Of a stretch of DNA of 64,000 nucleotides, positions 26,581-34,925 are shown in pieces. Position numbers and translations under genes: made by a program. The first letter of the stretch is position 1, and every line of letters begins with the position of its first letter. The notes under the pieces were generated by a model. It made no database searches. It was not told the DNA's origin and saw only the letters and a list, made by a program, of their open reading frames with translations. The DNA is from Escherichia phage ESCO13. The DNA is taken from the sequence record NC_047770.1; one strand, 5' to 3'.

Positions 26581-26853
26581 ACACAACATTAAGAGCACTG
26601 TGATTGATCGTCGTATCCTGTGCACAAGGTCTGCTCGAAAGACAGTGTTCTTAGTATTGTGTTGATCACAAAAAGAGTCACCCGAAACTTGACCGGAGTA
26701 GGGTTGGATGGGGCAAAATGAGAAGCGGCTCTCCCATCGACAGCAACGAAGAATAATATTTGACTTTGGTTTTGTATTATTTTAAGTTAGCTTACCGAAC
26801 GTAGGGCTAGTCACCCAACGGGATACTCGTCACTGTCCCAATCAATAAAAGTC

Positions 26854-26883
26854 TTGACAACAAATAGTAAAATGTAGTATAGT
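26854..26883 (+). promoter_or_regulatory. Candidate internal promoter (TTGACA-18-TATAGT)
   Basis: TTGACAACAAA box then TATAGT, 12 nt before tRNA-Gly. Confidence 0.4.
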
Positions 26884-26894
26884 AAATATATATG

Positions 26895-26968
26895 GCGTTC
26901 TTGGTGTAGCGGTAGCATTCCGTCCTTCCAAGTCGGCGGCACGAGTTCGATCCTCGTAGAACGCTCCA
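26895..26968 (+). tRNA. tRNA-Gly (anticodon TCC)
   Basis: Acceptor GCGTTCT/AGAACGC, anticodon loop CTTCCAA, T-loop TTCGATC, encoded CCA. Confidence 0.75.
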
Positions 26969-27066
26969 AATTATTTAATAAAGGGTTGCCAGAAAACTTT
27001 CTCTTTTACTCATGGTTTTCTCCTTCTCTCACACTTCTTCTGGTTGCCCTTCATTAAATGATTTAT

Positions 27067-27142
27067 TGGTTTGTAGTGTAGTCCGGTAGCACACGACACT
27101 TTGACTGTCGTAGGTTTGGTTCAAATCCAGACAGACCAGCCA
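27067..27142 (+). tRNA. tRNA-Gln (anticodon TTG)
   Basis: Anticodon arm CGACA-CTTTGAC-TGTCG; T-loop TTCAAAT; encoded CCA. Confidence 0.8.
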
Positions 27143-27235
27143 TATAACAAAGGTGAGTCACTACCTTAAGTGTGAAGTTAAAAACGAGGAGCCGCCGAAC
27201 ACTTTCTTTTGCGGTGTACCTTTAGAATGTTATCA

Positions 27236-27312
27236 CGGGACGTAGCACAGCTTGGTAGTGCGCTCGCTTTGGGAGCGAGAGGTCGAGTGTTCGAATCACT
27301 CCGTCCCGACCA
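27236..27312 (+). tRNA. tRNA-Pro (anticodon TGG)
   Basis: Anticodon arm CTCGC-TTTGGGA-GCGAG; T-loop TTCGAAT; encoded CCA. Confidence 0.85.
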
Positions 27313-27318
27313 ATTAAA

Positions 27319-27392
27319 TGTTTCGTAGTTCAATGGTAGAACCCACGACTGATAATCGTGAGACACAAGTTCGATTCTTGTCGAAACAACCA
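27319..27392 (+). tRNA. tRNA-Ile (anticodon GAT)
   Basis: D-arm GTTC-AATGGTA-GAAC, anticodon arm CACGA-CTGATAA-TCGTG, encoded CCA. Confidence 0.85.
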
Positions 27393-27394
27393 GT

Positions 27395-27464
27395 TTCCCG
27401 TTAGACTTACAGGATAAGAGTTCCACAGCTTATTGTGATGCTGGTTCGAATCCAGCACGGGATA
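27395..27464 (+). ncRNA. tRNA-like element with truncated anticodon arm
   Basis: Acceptor with 1-72 T.T mismatch, normal D- and T-arms, but only 16 nt where anticodon arm plus variable loop need about 21; no encoded CCA. Confidence 0.4.
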
Positions 27465-27470
27465 CATAAT

Positions 27471-27549
27471 AGCGGGATAGAGGAGTCTGGTCGTCCTCGC
27501 CAGTTTCATATGCTGGAGATCATCGGTTCAAATCCGATTCCCGCCTCCA
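27471..27549 (+). tRNA. tRNA with anticodon CAT, initiator-like features
   Basis: Anticodon loop TTCATAT; A1.C72 mismatch at acceptor end and A11:U24 pair; T-arm ATCGG-TTCAAAT-CCGAT resembles E. coli tRNA-fMet; encoded CCA. Confidence 0.7.
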
Positions 27550-27664
27550 AATATCGCTTGCCAGCGGTATCTTTGAAGACCTTGCCTGGTTCCTTCTAAG
27601 ATGGAGGGGTGCGACTCCTTAACGCACAATTATAATAAAGCATTTCAACTTAACAGTATTTACT

Positions 27665-27687
27665 AGCCTCCTTATTGGAGGCTTTTT
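27665..27687 (+). terminator. Rho-independent terminator closing the tRNA cluster
   Basis: 7-bp stem AGCCTCC/GGAGGCT with 5-nt loop followed by TTTT. Confidence 0.7.
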
Positions 27688-27706
27688 GCTATCTATTGAA
27701 TAAAAC

Positions 27707-27735
27707 TTGACTTATTATTTTTTATATGTTAAGAT
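27707..27735 (+). promoter_or_regulatory. Candidate promoter (TTGACT-17-TAAGAT)
   Basis: -35 at 27707-27712, -10-like TAAGAT at 27730-27735, then AGGAGG SD and ATG 27757. Confidence 0.45.
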
Positions 27736-27756
27736 AAAGTTTAGGAGGATTTTATT

Positions 27757-28053
27757 ATGCCTAAACTAAAACGTGGTCGTGGAAGACCAACAGCCGAAAT
27801 GCAACAGATCTACGCAATGGATGCGGCGCAAGCAAGTGTAAAAGAATTATTTGCAGAGCATTATTTAGAAGCTATGCGATATATTGTTGAACTTGTTAAT
27901 GATAAGGATGCAGCAAAACCTCTCCGCTTCCAAGCAGCTAAAGCTATTAAAGAGCAAGTAGAAGAATGGTTAGAAGAACATTATGAAGCTATGGAAGAAG
28001 AAACTCCTGCCGTGCAGAATACAGATGACGTTCCTAAAAAGATCGTAATCTAA
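27757..28053 (+). CDS. Small DNA-binding protein with AT-hook (possible small terminase or regulator)
   Basis: 98 aa; N-terminal KRGRGRP AT-hook, acidic helical C-terminus. Confidence 0.4.
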   Translation: MPKLKRGRGRPTAEMQQIYAMDAAQASVKELFAEHYLEAMRYIVELVNDKDAAKPLRFQAAKAIKEQVEEWLEEHYEAMEEETPAVQNTDDVPKKIVI

Positions 28054-28103
28054 TCCCTCTCCTCTCTTGGGGCTTTGCCCCCTCCTCCTTGTTATTTTTA
28101 ACA

Positions 28104-28138
28104 CCCCTCTCCGAAAGGTTAGGGGCTTTTTTATTTTT
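28104..28138 (+). terminator. Rho-independent terminator
   Basis: CCCCT...AGGGG stem with GAAA tetraloop followed by TTTTTTATTTTT. Confidence 0.6.
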
Positions 28139-28143
28139 AATGC

Positions 28144-28173
28144 TTGCAATTGTATATACTTTTGTGATAAGAT
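28144..28173 (+). promoter_or_regulatory. Candidate promoter (TTGCAA-18-TAAGAT)
   Basis: -35-like TTGCAA at 28144-28149, TAAGAT at 28168-28173, then GAGGAGGA SD and ATG 28195. Confidence 0.35.
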
Positions 28174-28194
28174 CAGATATGAGGAGGATAAAAT

Positions 28195-28365
28195 ATGCGC
28201 AATTTTGTAGTTAAAAATGATTTTAACCGTTCTTCTTATCATAAAGATAAAAAGAATGATTACACACGGGCTTGGAACTTGGAGGAAGAACTTTATGATG
28301 ACAGAGAAGACGTGGGAAGAGATCCTAGTGGAGGCTCAACCGATGGAAGTGAAGAAGATAGTTAA
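28195..28365 (+). CDS. Small hypothetical protein (56 aa)
   Basis: ATG at 28195 with strong SD 6 nt upstream; acidic C-terminus; below ORF-track cutoff. Confidence 0.3.
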   Translation: MRNFVVKNDFNRSSYHKDKKNDYTRAWNLEEELYDDREDVGRDPSGGSTDGSEEDS

Positions 28366-28432
28366 CAACGCCCCTTCTCTTCCTAAAATAAAATTTTATG
28401 AGGAAGTAGAAGATAATGAATCTAAAGACTAA
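28295..28432 (+). CDS. Small hypothetical protein (45 aa), alternative frame
   Basis: ATG at 28295 with GGAGGA SD; overlaps 28195 ORF in another frame; only one of the two may be real. Confidence 0.25.
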   Translation: MMTEKTWEEILVEAQPMEVKKIVNNAPSLPKIKFYEEVEDNESKD

Positions 28433-28808
28433 AACTGTATTAGGTTTTGTTTTAATTGTTGTTCTTATTCTTGCCGGAATGTTTGCTTATAACAAGATAC
28501 ATGAGTCTGGCTACAAAGATGGTGTTGCCTATCAAGCGCAATTATATCAAGCAGCCCAAGCAAAAGCAAAACAGGATTTTGATGTTCTTCAAAAAAGAGC
28601 AGATGAAGAAAGAGCATTATTAAATACCCAAATAAACAACTTGTCTAAAAACAATGCACAATTAAAAGCAGATTTAGAGAAGAAGAAACAAACGATCAAT
28701 GAGGATACAACGAATTATGCAAAAACTAATTCTGGCAGTATGTCTTGCTTTGCCCCTAATGATGACGGGTTGTTCATCATCAACAAAAGTTTCCCCAGTT
28801 CTTATTGA
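28416..28808 (+). CDS. Inner-membrane spanin (Rz-like)
   Basis: 130 aa; N-terminal TM helix then coiled-coil periplasmic domain; contains the start of the overlapping lipoprotein gene. Confidence 0.5.
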   Translation: MNLKTKTVLGFVLIVVLILAGMFAYNKIHESGYKDGVAYQAQLYQAAQAKAKQDFDVLQKRADEERALLNTQINNLSKNNAQLKADLEKKKQTINEDTTNYAKTNSGSMSCFAPNDDGLFIINKSFPSSY

Positions 28809-29043
28809 TGAGTGTAAGGCTGTAGCCATAGAAAAGGTTAAAGGTCCAGATTCGGATTTGATGGATAAAGTATCGACACCTGTGCCATACACTAAAAATC
28901 AAATTGCAAAAGGGGTTAGTAGATCTGAAGTTGTTAACAACCAAACTCAAAACAACGCTCTTTGGGAGCAAGATAGACGAAAGGTTTTAGGTTTACAAAC
29001 ATATATTAAAACACTGCAAGAAAAAGGTATTATTGCTGAATAA
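28699..29043 (+). CDS. Outer-membrane lipoprotein spanin (Rz1-like)
   Basis: Signal peptide with lipobox LMMTG-C; starts in +1 frame inside the Rz-like gene; possible start also at 28717. Confidence 0.5.
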   Translation: MRIQRIMQKLILAVCLALPLMMTGCSSSTKVSPVLIDECKAVAIEKVKGPDSDLMDKVSTPVPYTKNQIAKGVSRSEVVNNQTQNNALWEQDRRKVLGLQTYIKTLQEKGIIAE

Positions 29044-29052
29044 GGAGGGAAT

Positions 29053-31128
29053 GTGGCAAAGAAAAAGGCAGCAGGTAGTTTAGCTGGAGTAGATATTGAA
29101 GTAAAGGCTCAACCAGGTAAACAGACTCTTGCAATGGATTTAATGCCAGAAGTTATGATTTATGGTGGTGCCGCTGGATGTGTTTCTGCTGAAACGGAAT
29201 ATCTTACAAAAGATGGTTGGAAACAGATTAGTGAATATTCGGGAGAGGATATTTACCAATACAACCCTAAGAATAAGCGTTTAGAATTGGTAACACCTTA
29301 CTTTGTAGAATACGATTTAAATGGAGATAATCTATACAGAATAACAAATGGTGTAGGATTGTTCCAAGAACTTAGTATGGAACACCGTTTTGTATTCTAT
29401 AAGAAAAAGAAATCAAAGAAACATTTCGAGATTCTTGTAGGAGATCTTATTGCATTACAGCAAATAGGAAAACCCCTGCAAGGTTATGTAGAAAATCCAT
29501 TCGGTAAACGTGTTCCTTTTAACATACCTGGTAAAAAGAGCACTTACTTAAAAATACACGAGGTTATTTCAACAGATGATAAGAAATATTGTTTTGAGAC
29601 TCCAAGCAGCTATATTGTCTTTAGACGTGGCGATCACTGCTTCGTTACTGGGAATAGCGGCAAGTCTCGTCTGCTATTGCTGAAAGCTTTAAAATACGCC
29701 TACAAAGACCCTTTGTTTGGTGGAATACTTTTCCGTAAGAACACCACTGCTCACCGTAAACCAGGTGGTCTGTTTACAGAAGCAAAACGTTTGTATCTTC
29801 CTTTACAACCGCACGTAAAAGAAAGTACAATGGATATCATTTTTGAAGCCACTGGCGGCGGAACCCTCAAATTTGACCATTTGGAAAACGATAACGTAAC
29901 CGCAGAAACAAACCATCAGGGTACACAGTATTCAATGGTAGGTTTTGACGAGTTAACCCACTTCACACAGTATGAAATGCTCTATCTTCTGGGACGTATG
30001 CGTTCAGAATCAGAAACAAGCTTCATGTTGTGCACATGTAACCCCGATGCAGATAGTTGGGTTTTGAATTGGGTACTACCTTATCTCGATGAGGGCGGTT
30101 ATCCTAGAGAAGATATGTGTGGTAAACAAAAATATTTCATCATTGTTAACGATGAACCTGTTTTTGCTGACACACCTGAAGAACTGAAAGAAAAATATCC
30201 AGAAAACTGTTTCATGGAAAACCCTAATACAGGGGAGACAGTTGTTATTGAACCACAAACTTTCGTATTTATCGGTGGGACAATATTTGATAACCCAGAA
30301 TTGATTAGGCTTAACCCTAATTATTTAGCACAGCTTAAATCACAAACAGCAATCAAAAGAGCACAACTCTTGGACGGCTGTTGGTTTGCACGTATACAGA
30401 AAGAGTCTTTCTTCCAACGTGAATGGTTGCATAAGATATCTTATAAAGATGTTCCTAATAATCTTAAACTAATGCGAGCATGGGATAAAGCTGTTTCAGT
30501 TCCTACAGAAACTTATCGTTATCCAGACTATACAACATCTGTCAAAATGGGTAAAGACCAAGATGGTAATATCTACATCTTTGGTGACTATGATTATGAT
30601 GCTGTGGATGAGAAAAGTAAAATTTTCGGAAGGTTTCGAAGATTACCTGGGGAAAGGGATAACCTGATTCTAAATCAATGTAAGATTGATGGACCAGAAG
30701 TTACAGTAGTTCTTCCTAAAGACCCATCTGGTGCTGGGACAATAGAATATACAGAGTCTGCAAAGAAACTTATTCTAGAGGGTTTTGTTGTTAAACCAGA
30801 TGCTATGCCAGGCAACAAGAAAAAGCTTCAGCGTTTTATGCCTTTTAGTAGTGCGTGTCAAAACGGTTTTGTTTATATTGTTGAAGATTCTTTCCCTAAT
30901 GTGGAAACTTTAACCCACTTTTATAAAGAATTGGAATCTTTCAATGGTGAAAGATCTACAGCCACTATTAAAGATGACATTCCCGATGCTGCTGCTTCTT
31001 GTTTCAATACTCTGTCAAAAGAGAATACTTTCAAAGCAGTAGCTATCCCTGCAACAACAAATGCTCCTACAGGATACAGTAGAATGAACAGCGGATTTCA
31101 CCAACCGTATAGTGTCCGTAAAAGATAA
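29053..31128 (+). CDS. Terminase large subunit, interrupted by a mini-intein
   Basis: 691 aa; Walker A G-A-A-G / S-G-K-S split between residues 42 and 202 by a Cys...Asn insertion; position directly before portal. Confidence 0.8.
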   Translation: MAKKKAAGSLAGVDIEVKAQPGKQTLAMDLMPEVMIYGGAAGCVSAETEYLTKDGWKQISEYSGEDIYQYNPKNKRLELVTPYFVEYDLNGDNLYRITNGVGLFQELSMEHRFVFYKKKKSKKHFEILVGDLIALQQIGKPLQGYVENPFGKRVPFNIPGKKSTYLKIHEVISTDDKKYCFETPSSYIVFRRGDHCFVTGNSGKSRLLLLKALKYAYKDPLFGGILFRKNTTAHRKPGGLFTEAKRLYLPLQPHVKESTMDIIFEATGGGTLKFDHLENDNVTAETNHQGTQYSMVGFDELTHFTQYEMLYLLGRMRSESETSFMLCTCNPDADSWVLNWVLPYLDEGGYPREDMCGKQKYFIIVNDEPVFADTPEELKEKYPENCFMENPNTGETVVIEPQTFVFIGGTIFDNPELIRLNPNYLAQLKSQTAIKRAQLLDGCWFARIQKESFFQREWLHKISYKDVPNNLKLMRAWDKAVSVPTETYRYPDYTTSVKMGKDQDGNIYIFGDYDYDAVDEKSKIFGRFRRLPGERDNLILNQCKIDGPEVTVVLPKDPSGAGTIEYTESAKKLILEGFVVKPDAMPGNKKKLQRFMPFSSACQNGFVYIVEDSFPNVETLTHFYKELESFNGERSTATIKDDIPDAAASCFNTLSKENTFKAVAIPATTNAPTGYSRMNSGFHQPYSVRKR
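29179..29655 (+). other. Mini-intein (Hint domain, about 159 aa) inside the terminase P-loop
   Basis: Starts with Cys43 (CVSAETEYL...), S..H block near LSMEH, ends HCFVTGN followed by Ser; removal restores GAAGSGKS Walker A. Confidence 0.6.
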
Positions 31129-31131
31129 TTG

Positions 31132-31160
31132 TTGACAAAAGTCACTTTAAAGTGTATTAT
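31132..31160 (+). promoter_or_regulatory. Sigma70-like promoter (TTGACA-17-TATTAT)
   Basis: Consensus -35 at 31132-31137 and -10 at 31155-31160 between terminase stop and portal start. Confidence 0.55.
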
Positions 31161-31229
31161 AACTAGATAGGTGAGGTTGTATATAATACAGCCTTGCCTT
31201 AACGATTTTATACCTGACTGGAGGAACAA

Positions 31230-32795
31230 GTGTCAACAGGAAAAAGAACGTACACTAAAAAGTCAGAATACTGGGACAAAGGTGCTGCAAATAAAGCTGC
31301 TCTCTCTCCAACAAAAGAGGCAGAGAAAGAGAAAACGTTACTCCTGTCACCTGAAATAGGAACGATCGGATTAAACTCAATCAAAGCATTTACGAATTTC
31401 ATGCAACCTTATGAGACTCGTTTCCCAGAATGTATTCGCACTTTTAAAGAGATGGGTGAAGACCCTGATGTAGCTACTGCTCTTGACGCTACATATATCT
31501 TTGTAGATAGAGCATTCTTTGATTTCAAGATAAAATACAATGTAAACTCGGCAAAGTCAAGAAAAGCTGCTAAGTTTATTGATTACATGTTACGCAATAT
31601 GCAAGCCCCTCTACGTCAATATGTTAGATCACTTTTGACATATAAGCAATATGGTTTTGCATTCGCAGAGAAAGTTTATGAGTTGGATGAAGATCCTAAG
31701 AGTCCTTACTTTGGGTATTGGCGATTGACCAAACTGGCTTTTAGACCACAAGACACTCTTCACATGGCTCAACCTTTTACATATTCGGCAGACGGACGTT
31801 CTATTCTATCTGTTAACCAGAATATCACCAATACGATGTTAGCTCCAGGTAATACAACTTTAGAAACTGGTATTAAAGAAATTCCTTTCAGTAAAGTTTT
31901 ATTTGTTGGTAGTAACATTACAGAGAATAACCCACTAGGAGTTAGTCCGCTTTTAGCTGTATATCGTAGCTGGCGTGAAAAATCTCTTATTCAGGAATTT
32001 GAGGTTATTGGGGTATCTAAAGATTTAGGCGGTATGCCAGTTCTTAAGGTTCCAAGTGACATTCTAAACAGGGCATCTTTAGATCCTGCTGGGGATGAAG
32101 CACAATCTCTTCGAGTTCTCCAAGCCAATATCGCTAACCTGCACTCTGGTGAGCAAGCCTATATGGTATTGCCTTCAGACGTTTATGAAGGCACAGTGAT
32201 GCGTCAATACGATCTTGTATTCCAAGGTGTTGATGGCACGGGTAAACAGTTTGACACTCAAGCACTAATCAAACAACGCAAACTGGATATTTATAACCGC
32301 TTTGGTGCGGGTGTGTTGATTATGGGTGATGGTGATGCAGGAAGTTTTGCGCTTTCTGACAACAAACAAACACTATTGTCTCATTTTATTGAGCGAGATG
32401 TAGATATTGTTGTAGAAGCTATAAACTCTCAACTGATCCCTCAAACACTACGACTAAACAATATCTTCCTTTCTGATGAAGATATGCCTAAGTTTGTCAG
32501 TGGTGAAATGGGTGATCCTGATATTGAAGTAAATGCTAAAGCTATTCAGCAGTTGGTAGCCTCTGGTGCAATACCTTTAACCCCAGAAGTTATTAACGAG
32601 TTCCTTGAAAAAATTGGTTTTGAATATCGTATCCCTGACGATATTGTTGCCAATAAAGAGAAATTCTTTGAATTCATGGATAACTATATGCCTGACAAAA
32701 CTTCACGATCAGGAGATGGTTTAGCTACAGCGGGAACTGGAACGTCTGATACTGTTTCTGCTTTAGATCCTTCGGCACAAAACCTGTCGAATTAA
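31230..32795 (+). CDS. Portal protein
   Basis: 521 aa, GTG start with GGAGGA SD; position immediately after large terminase; size typical of portals. Confidence 0.6.
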   Translation: MSTGKRTYTKKSEYWDKGAANKAALSPTKEAEKEKTLLLSPEIGTIGLNSIKAFTNFMQPYETRFPECIRTFKEMGEDPDVATALDATYIFVDRAFFDFKIKYNVNSAKSRKAAKFIDYMLRNMQAPLRQYVRSLLTYKQYGFAFAEKVYELDEDPKSPYFGYWRLTKLAFRPQDTLHMAQPFTYSADGRSILSVNQNITNTMLAPGNTTLETGIKEIPFSKVLFVGSNITENNPLGVSPLLAVYRSWREKSLIQEFEVIGVSKDLGGMPVLKVPSDILNRASLDPAGDEAQSLRVLQANIANLHSGEQAYMVLPSDVYEGTVMRQYDLVFQGVDGTGKQFDTQALIKQRKLDIYNRFGAGVLIMGDGDAGSFALSDNKQTLLSHFIERDVDIVVEAINSQLIPQTLRLNNIFLSDEDMPKFVSGEMGDPDIEVNAKAIQQLVASGAIPLTPEVINEFLEKIGFEYRIPDDIVANKEKFFEFMDNYMPDKTSRSGDGLATAGTGTSDTVSALDPSAQNLSN

Positions 32796-32823
32796 AAATA
32801 TTTAATATTTTTTAATTTTTCTA

Positions 32824-32852
32824 TTGACAAAACAACAAATATCCTGTAGACT
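32824..32852 (+). promoter_or_regulatory. Candidate promoter (TTGACA-17-TAGACT)
   Basis: -35 at 32824-32829 and -10-like at 32847-32852 after an AT-rich tract. Confidence 0.4.
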
Positions 32853-32888
32853 AAGATTTATGGGATATCTGTTTTTAAGAGGTTTCAA

Positions 32889-33368
32889 ATGGAACTCAAT
32901 AAAGATACACTGTGGGAACTCTTCAAAACCTTCGCTGGTTTTAAAGAGAATTCTGAATCCCAACAAGATTCTATACCATCTCAAAAACCTGAAACTCTAG
33001 TCAAACAAAATAAATTTGATGAAGAAAAGATGCAGGTTATTGAGGTCTTGTATTGTCCACCTGAAGAAGACGATCTCCACGGAGAGCGCATGTCTGATTT
33101 GGAAATCAGGAAGATGGTTGACAACTTCAATGAGAATATTACCAACATTAGTGGTAATCTTGGTCACATGAAGAACACCGATAAGTTTTCTCCAATTAAA
33201 GCTTGGGTAAATGAAGTCGATTGTTACATTGGTGACGAACTCGTTGTGGAAGGAACTCCCCTCGTTAAAATCCAATTCAACGACCCTGAATTATATCAAG
33301 CTCGTAAAGACGGCGTTCTTAAAGGTTTGAGTATAGGCGCAATGGGCGTTAAAGTCAAGAAGGACTAA
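32889..33368 (+). CDS. Head morphogenesis protein (function unclear)
   Basis: 159 aa between portal and scaffold genes. Confidence 0.4.
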   Translation: MELNKDTLWELFKTFAGFKENSESQQDSIPSQKPETLVKQNKFDEEKMQVIEVLYCPPEEDDLHGERMSDLEIRKMVDNFNENITNISGNLGHMKNTDKFSPIKAWVNEVDCYIGDELVVEGTPLVKIQFNDPELYQARKDGVLKGLSIGAMGVKVKKD

Positions 33369-33370
33369 TC

Positions 33371-34486
33371 GTGGCAAATACATATTTAACTAACGTAGAC
33401 TTTTCTGGAAAAGCTACGGAAGAGTCACTAGGTGCTCATATTGCTTACACTTTTGATTTTCAAGGTGGAGCGGCATCTGGTTATAATACCCCCCTTTTAT
33501 TTAAGTCAGACGGATCTCCAGACATAACTTTTGAAAAGTTAGAAGCTCTCACTAAAATGGGAGAAGATGTTACAGAGTTACGTAAAAGCTATATTCAACA
33601 AGTGATGGATCGCATTTCTGAAAAAGTGCGTGAAAAATTTGAAGCTGGTTGGGATTGGGTTTACGTTATTGATGCTGACTTCGATGCGAACGTTGCAATT
33701 TTCTGTTCAGATAACGGTATGTTCTCTGTTGGCTTTAAAGTTGACGGACTGAATGTTGAAGTTGAAGAGGTTGCTAAACCTGTTGTTCGTGTTACTGATT
33801 ATCAAGTTGTTGATGGTGATGTAATGATCTCCATTGATTTCTTTGAGGACGTTTTAGACGATGCTTTGAGTAATCTCGTTAAGAGTTCCTTGAAACAAAG
33901 TCAAGTTAAAGATTATTTAGTGAAAGCTCACGCTAAAGCTAATACAAACTCTGTGGATGCAGAGGCTAACCCCGCAGGTGATAAATCTGCAAACACAACT
34001 GGAATCAATAAAGGAGAAACCCCTTTGGAAAATATCAACAAAGAAGAATTCCTGAAATCTGCTGAATTCCAAGAACTGATGAAAGCACAGATCGCTGAAG
34101 CTGTAGAAAAAGCAGCCGCAGATGCACGTGCAGCCGCAGAACTTGAAGCACAGGAAAAAATCGCTAAGGCAGAACAGGAAGCAGAAGAACTTCGTAAAGC
34201 TGAACAAGCTCGTATCGAAGAAGAATATACAACTGTTGTTAAATCCTATTCTTTCGTAGAAGAAGACAAAGTTGAAGCTCTCGTTAAATATCTGGTAGAC
34301 AATAAAGATATCGCTGAAACTATCGTCAAAGCATTCGAAAAAGCACGTGCAGAAGTGGACGCAGTTAAGAAAGAATTTGGAGCAGAACGTGGTGTTGATG
34401 TGATCAATACTCAACCTGTAGCTAAATCTTCTTCTGAACTGATTAGTCAGAAAGCTGCTGAACTTAAAAAAGCCCAGAAACAATAA
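33371..34486 (+). CDS. Scaffolding protein
   Basis: 371 aa; long A/E/K-rich coiled-coil segment; immediately upstream of decoration and capsid genes. Confidence 0.55.
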   Translation: MANTYLTNVDFSGKATEESLGAHIAYTFDFQGGAASGYNTPLLFKSDGSPDITFEKLEALTKMGEDVTELRKSYIQQVMDRISEKVREKFEAGWDWVYVIDADFDANVAIFCSDNGMFSVGFKVDGLNVEVEEVAKPVVRVTDYQVVDGDVMISIDFFEDVLDDALSNLVKSSLKQSQVKDYLVKAHAKANTNSVDAEANPAGDKSANTTGINKGETPLENINKEEFLKSAEFQELMKAQIAEAVEKAAADARAAAELEAQEKIAKAEQEAEELRKAEQARIEEEYTTVVKSYSFVEEDKVEALVKYLVDNKDIAETIVKAFEKARAEVDAVKKEFGAERGVDVINTQPVAKSSSELISQKAAELKKAQKQ

Positions 34487-34505
34487 TCTTAGGAGATTAA
34501 ATTAA

Positions 34506-34904
34506 ATGGCTAAAGGAATTACTTTATCTAACTCTCGCCAGGAATTCGGACACCTGGTTCTGGGTGGAGTGTTTAGCTCTGACCTTGGACACTGTGTACG
34601 TGAAGTTAACCTGGTTAAAACAGCAACCATGAAAATTGGTTCTATCCTGAAAGCTGACAACACTGAAGCTGCTAAAGCTGAAGCTGCCGATGCTGCTAAA
34701 GTTCTGATTTGGACTGATGCTCTGTTCGGTATTGATGATGTAGCAGTAGGTGACACTTTCACCGCAGTTGTTGGCGTACGTGATCTTACTCTGAACCGCT
34801 TTGCAGTATACTACAAAGATGGCTCCCTGGTAGATGACGCTGGCGTAGCAGCACTGGAAACACATGATCTGAAACTGACCGAAAAAGTCGTTTTCACTTC
34901 TTAA
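34506..34904 (+). CDS. Head decoration protein (lambda gpD-like)
   Basis: 132 aa; blocks similar to lambda gpD; strong SD. Confidence 0.55.
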   Translation: MAKGITLSNSRQEFGHLVLGGVFSSDLGHCVREVNLVKTATMKIGSILKADNTEAAKAEAADAAKVLIWTDALFGIDDVAVGDTFTAVVGVRDLTLNRFAVYYKDGSLVDDAGVAALETHDLKLTEKVVFTS

Positions 34905-34925
34905 TTTTAATAGGAGATTAATATA

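Noticed and set aside
27178-27426. Minus-strand ORF (82 aa) across the tRNA cluster
   Set aside because: Overlaps tRNA-Pro and tRNA-Ile on the opposite strand; no SD.
33917-34483. Minus-strand ORF (188 aa) inside the scaffold gene, and 35037-35843 inside the capsid gene
   Set aside because: Antisense to strongly supported structural genes; Cys/Phe-rich junk-like translation; no SD.
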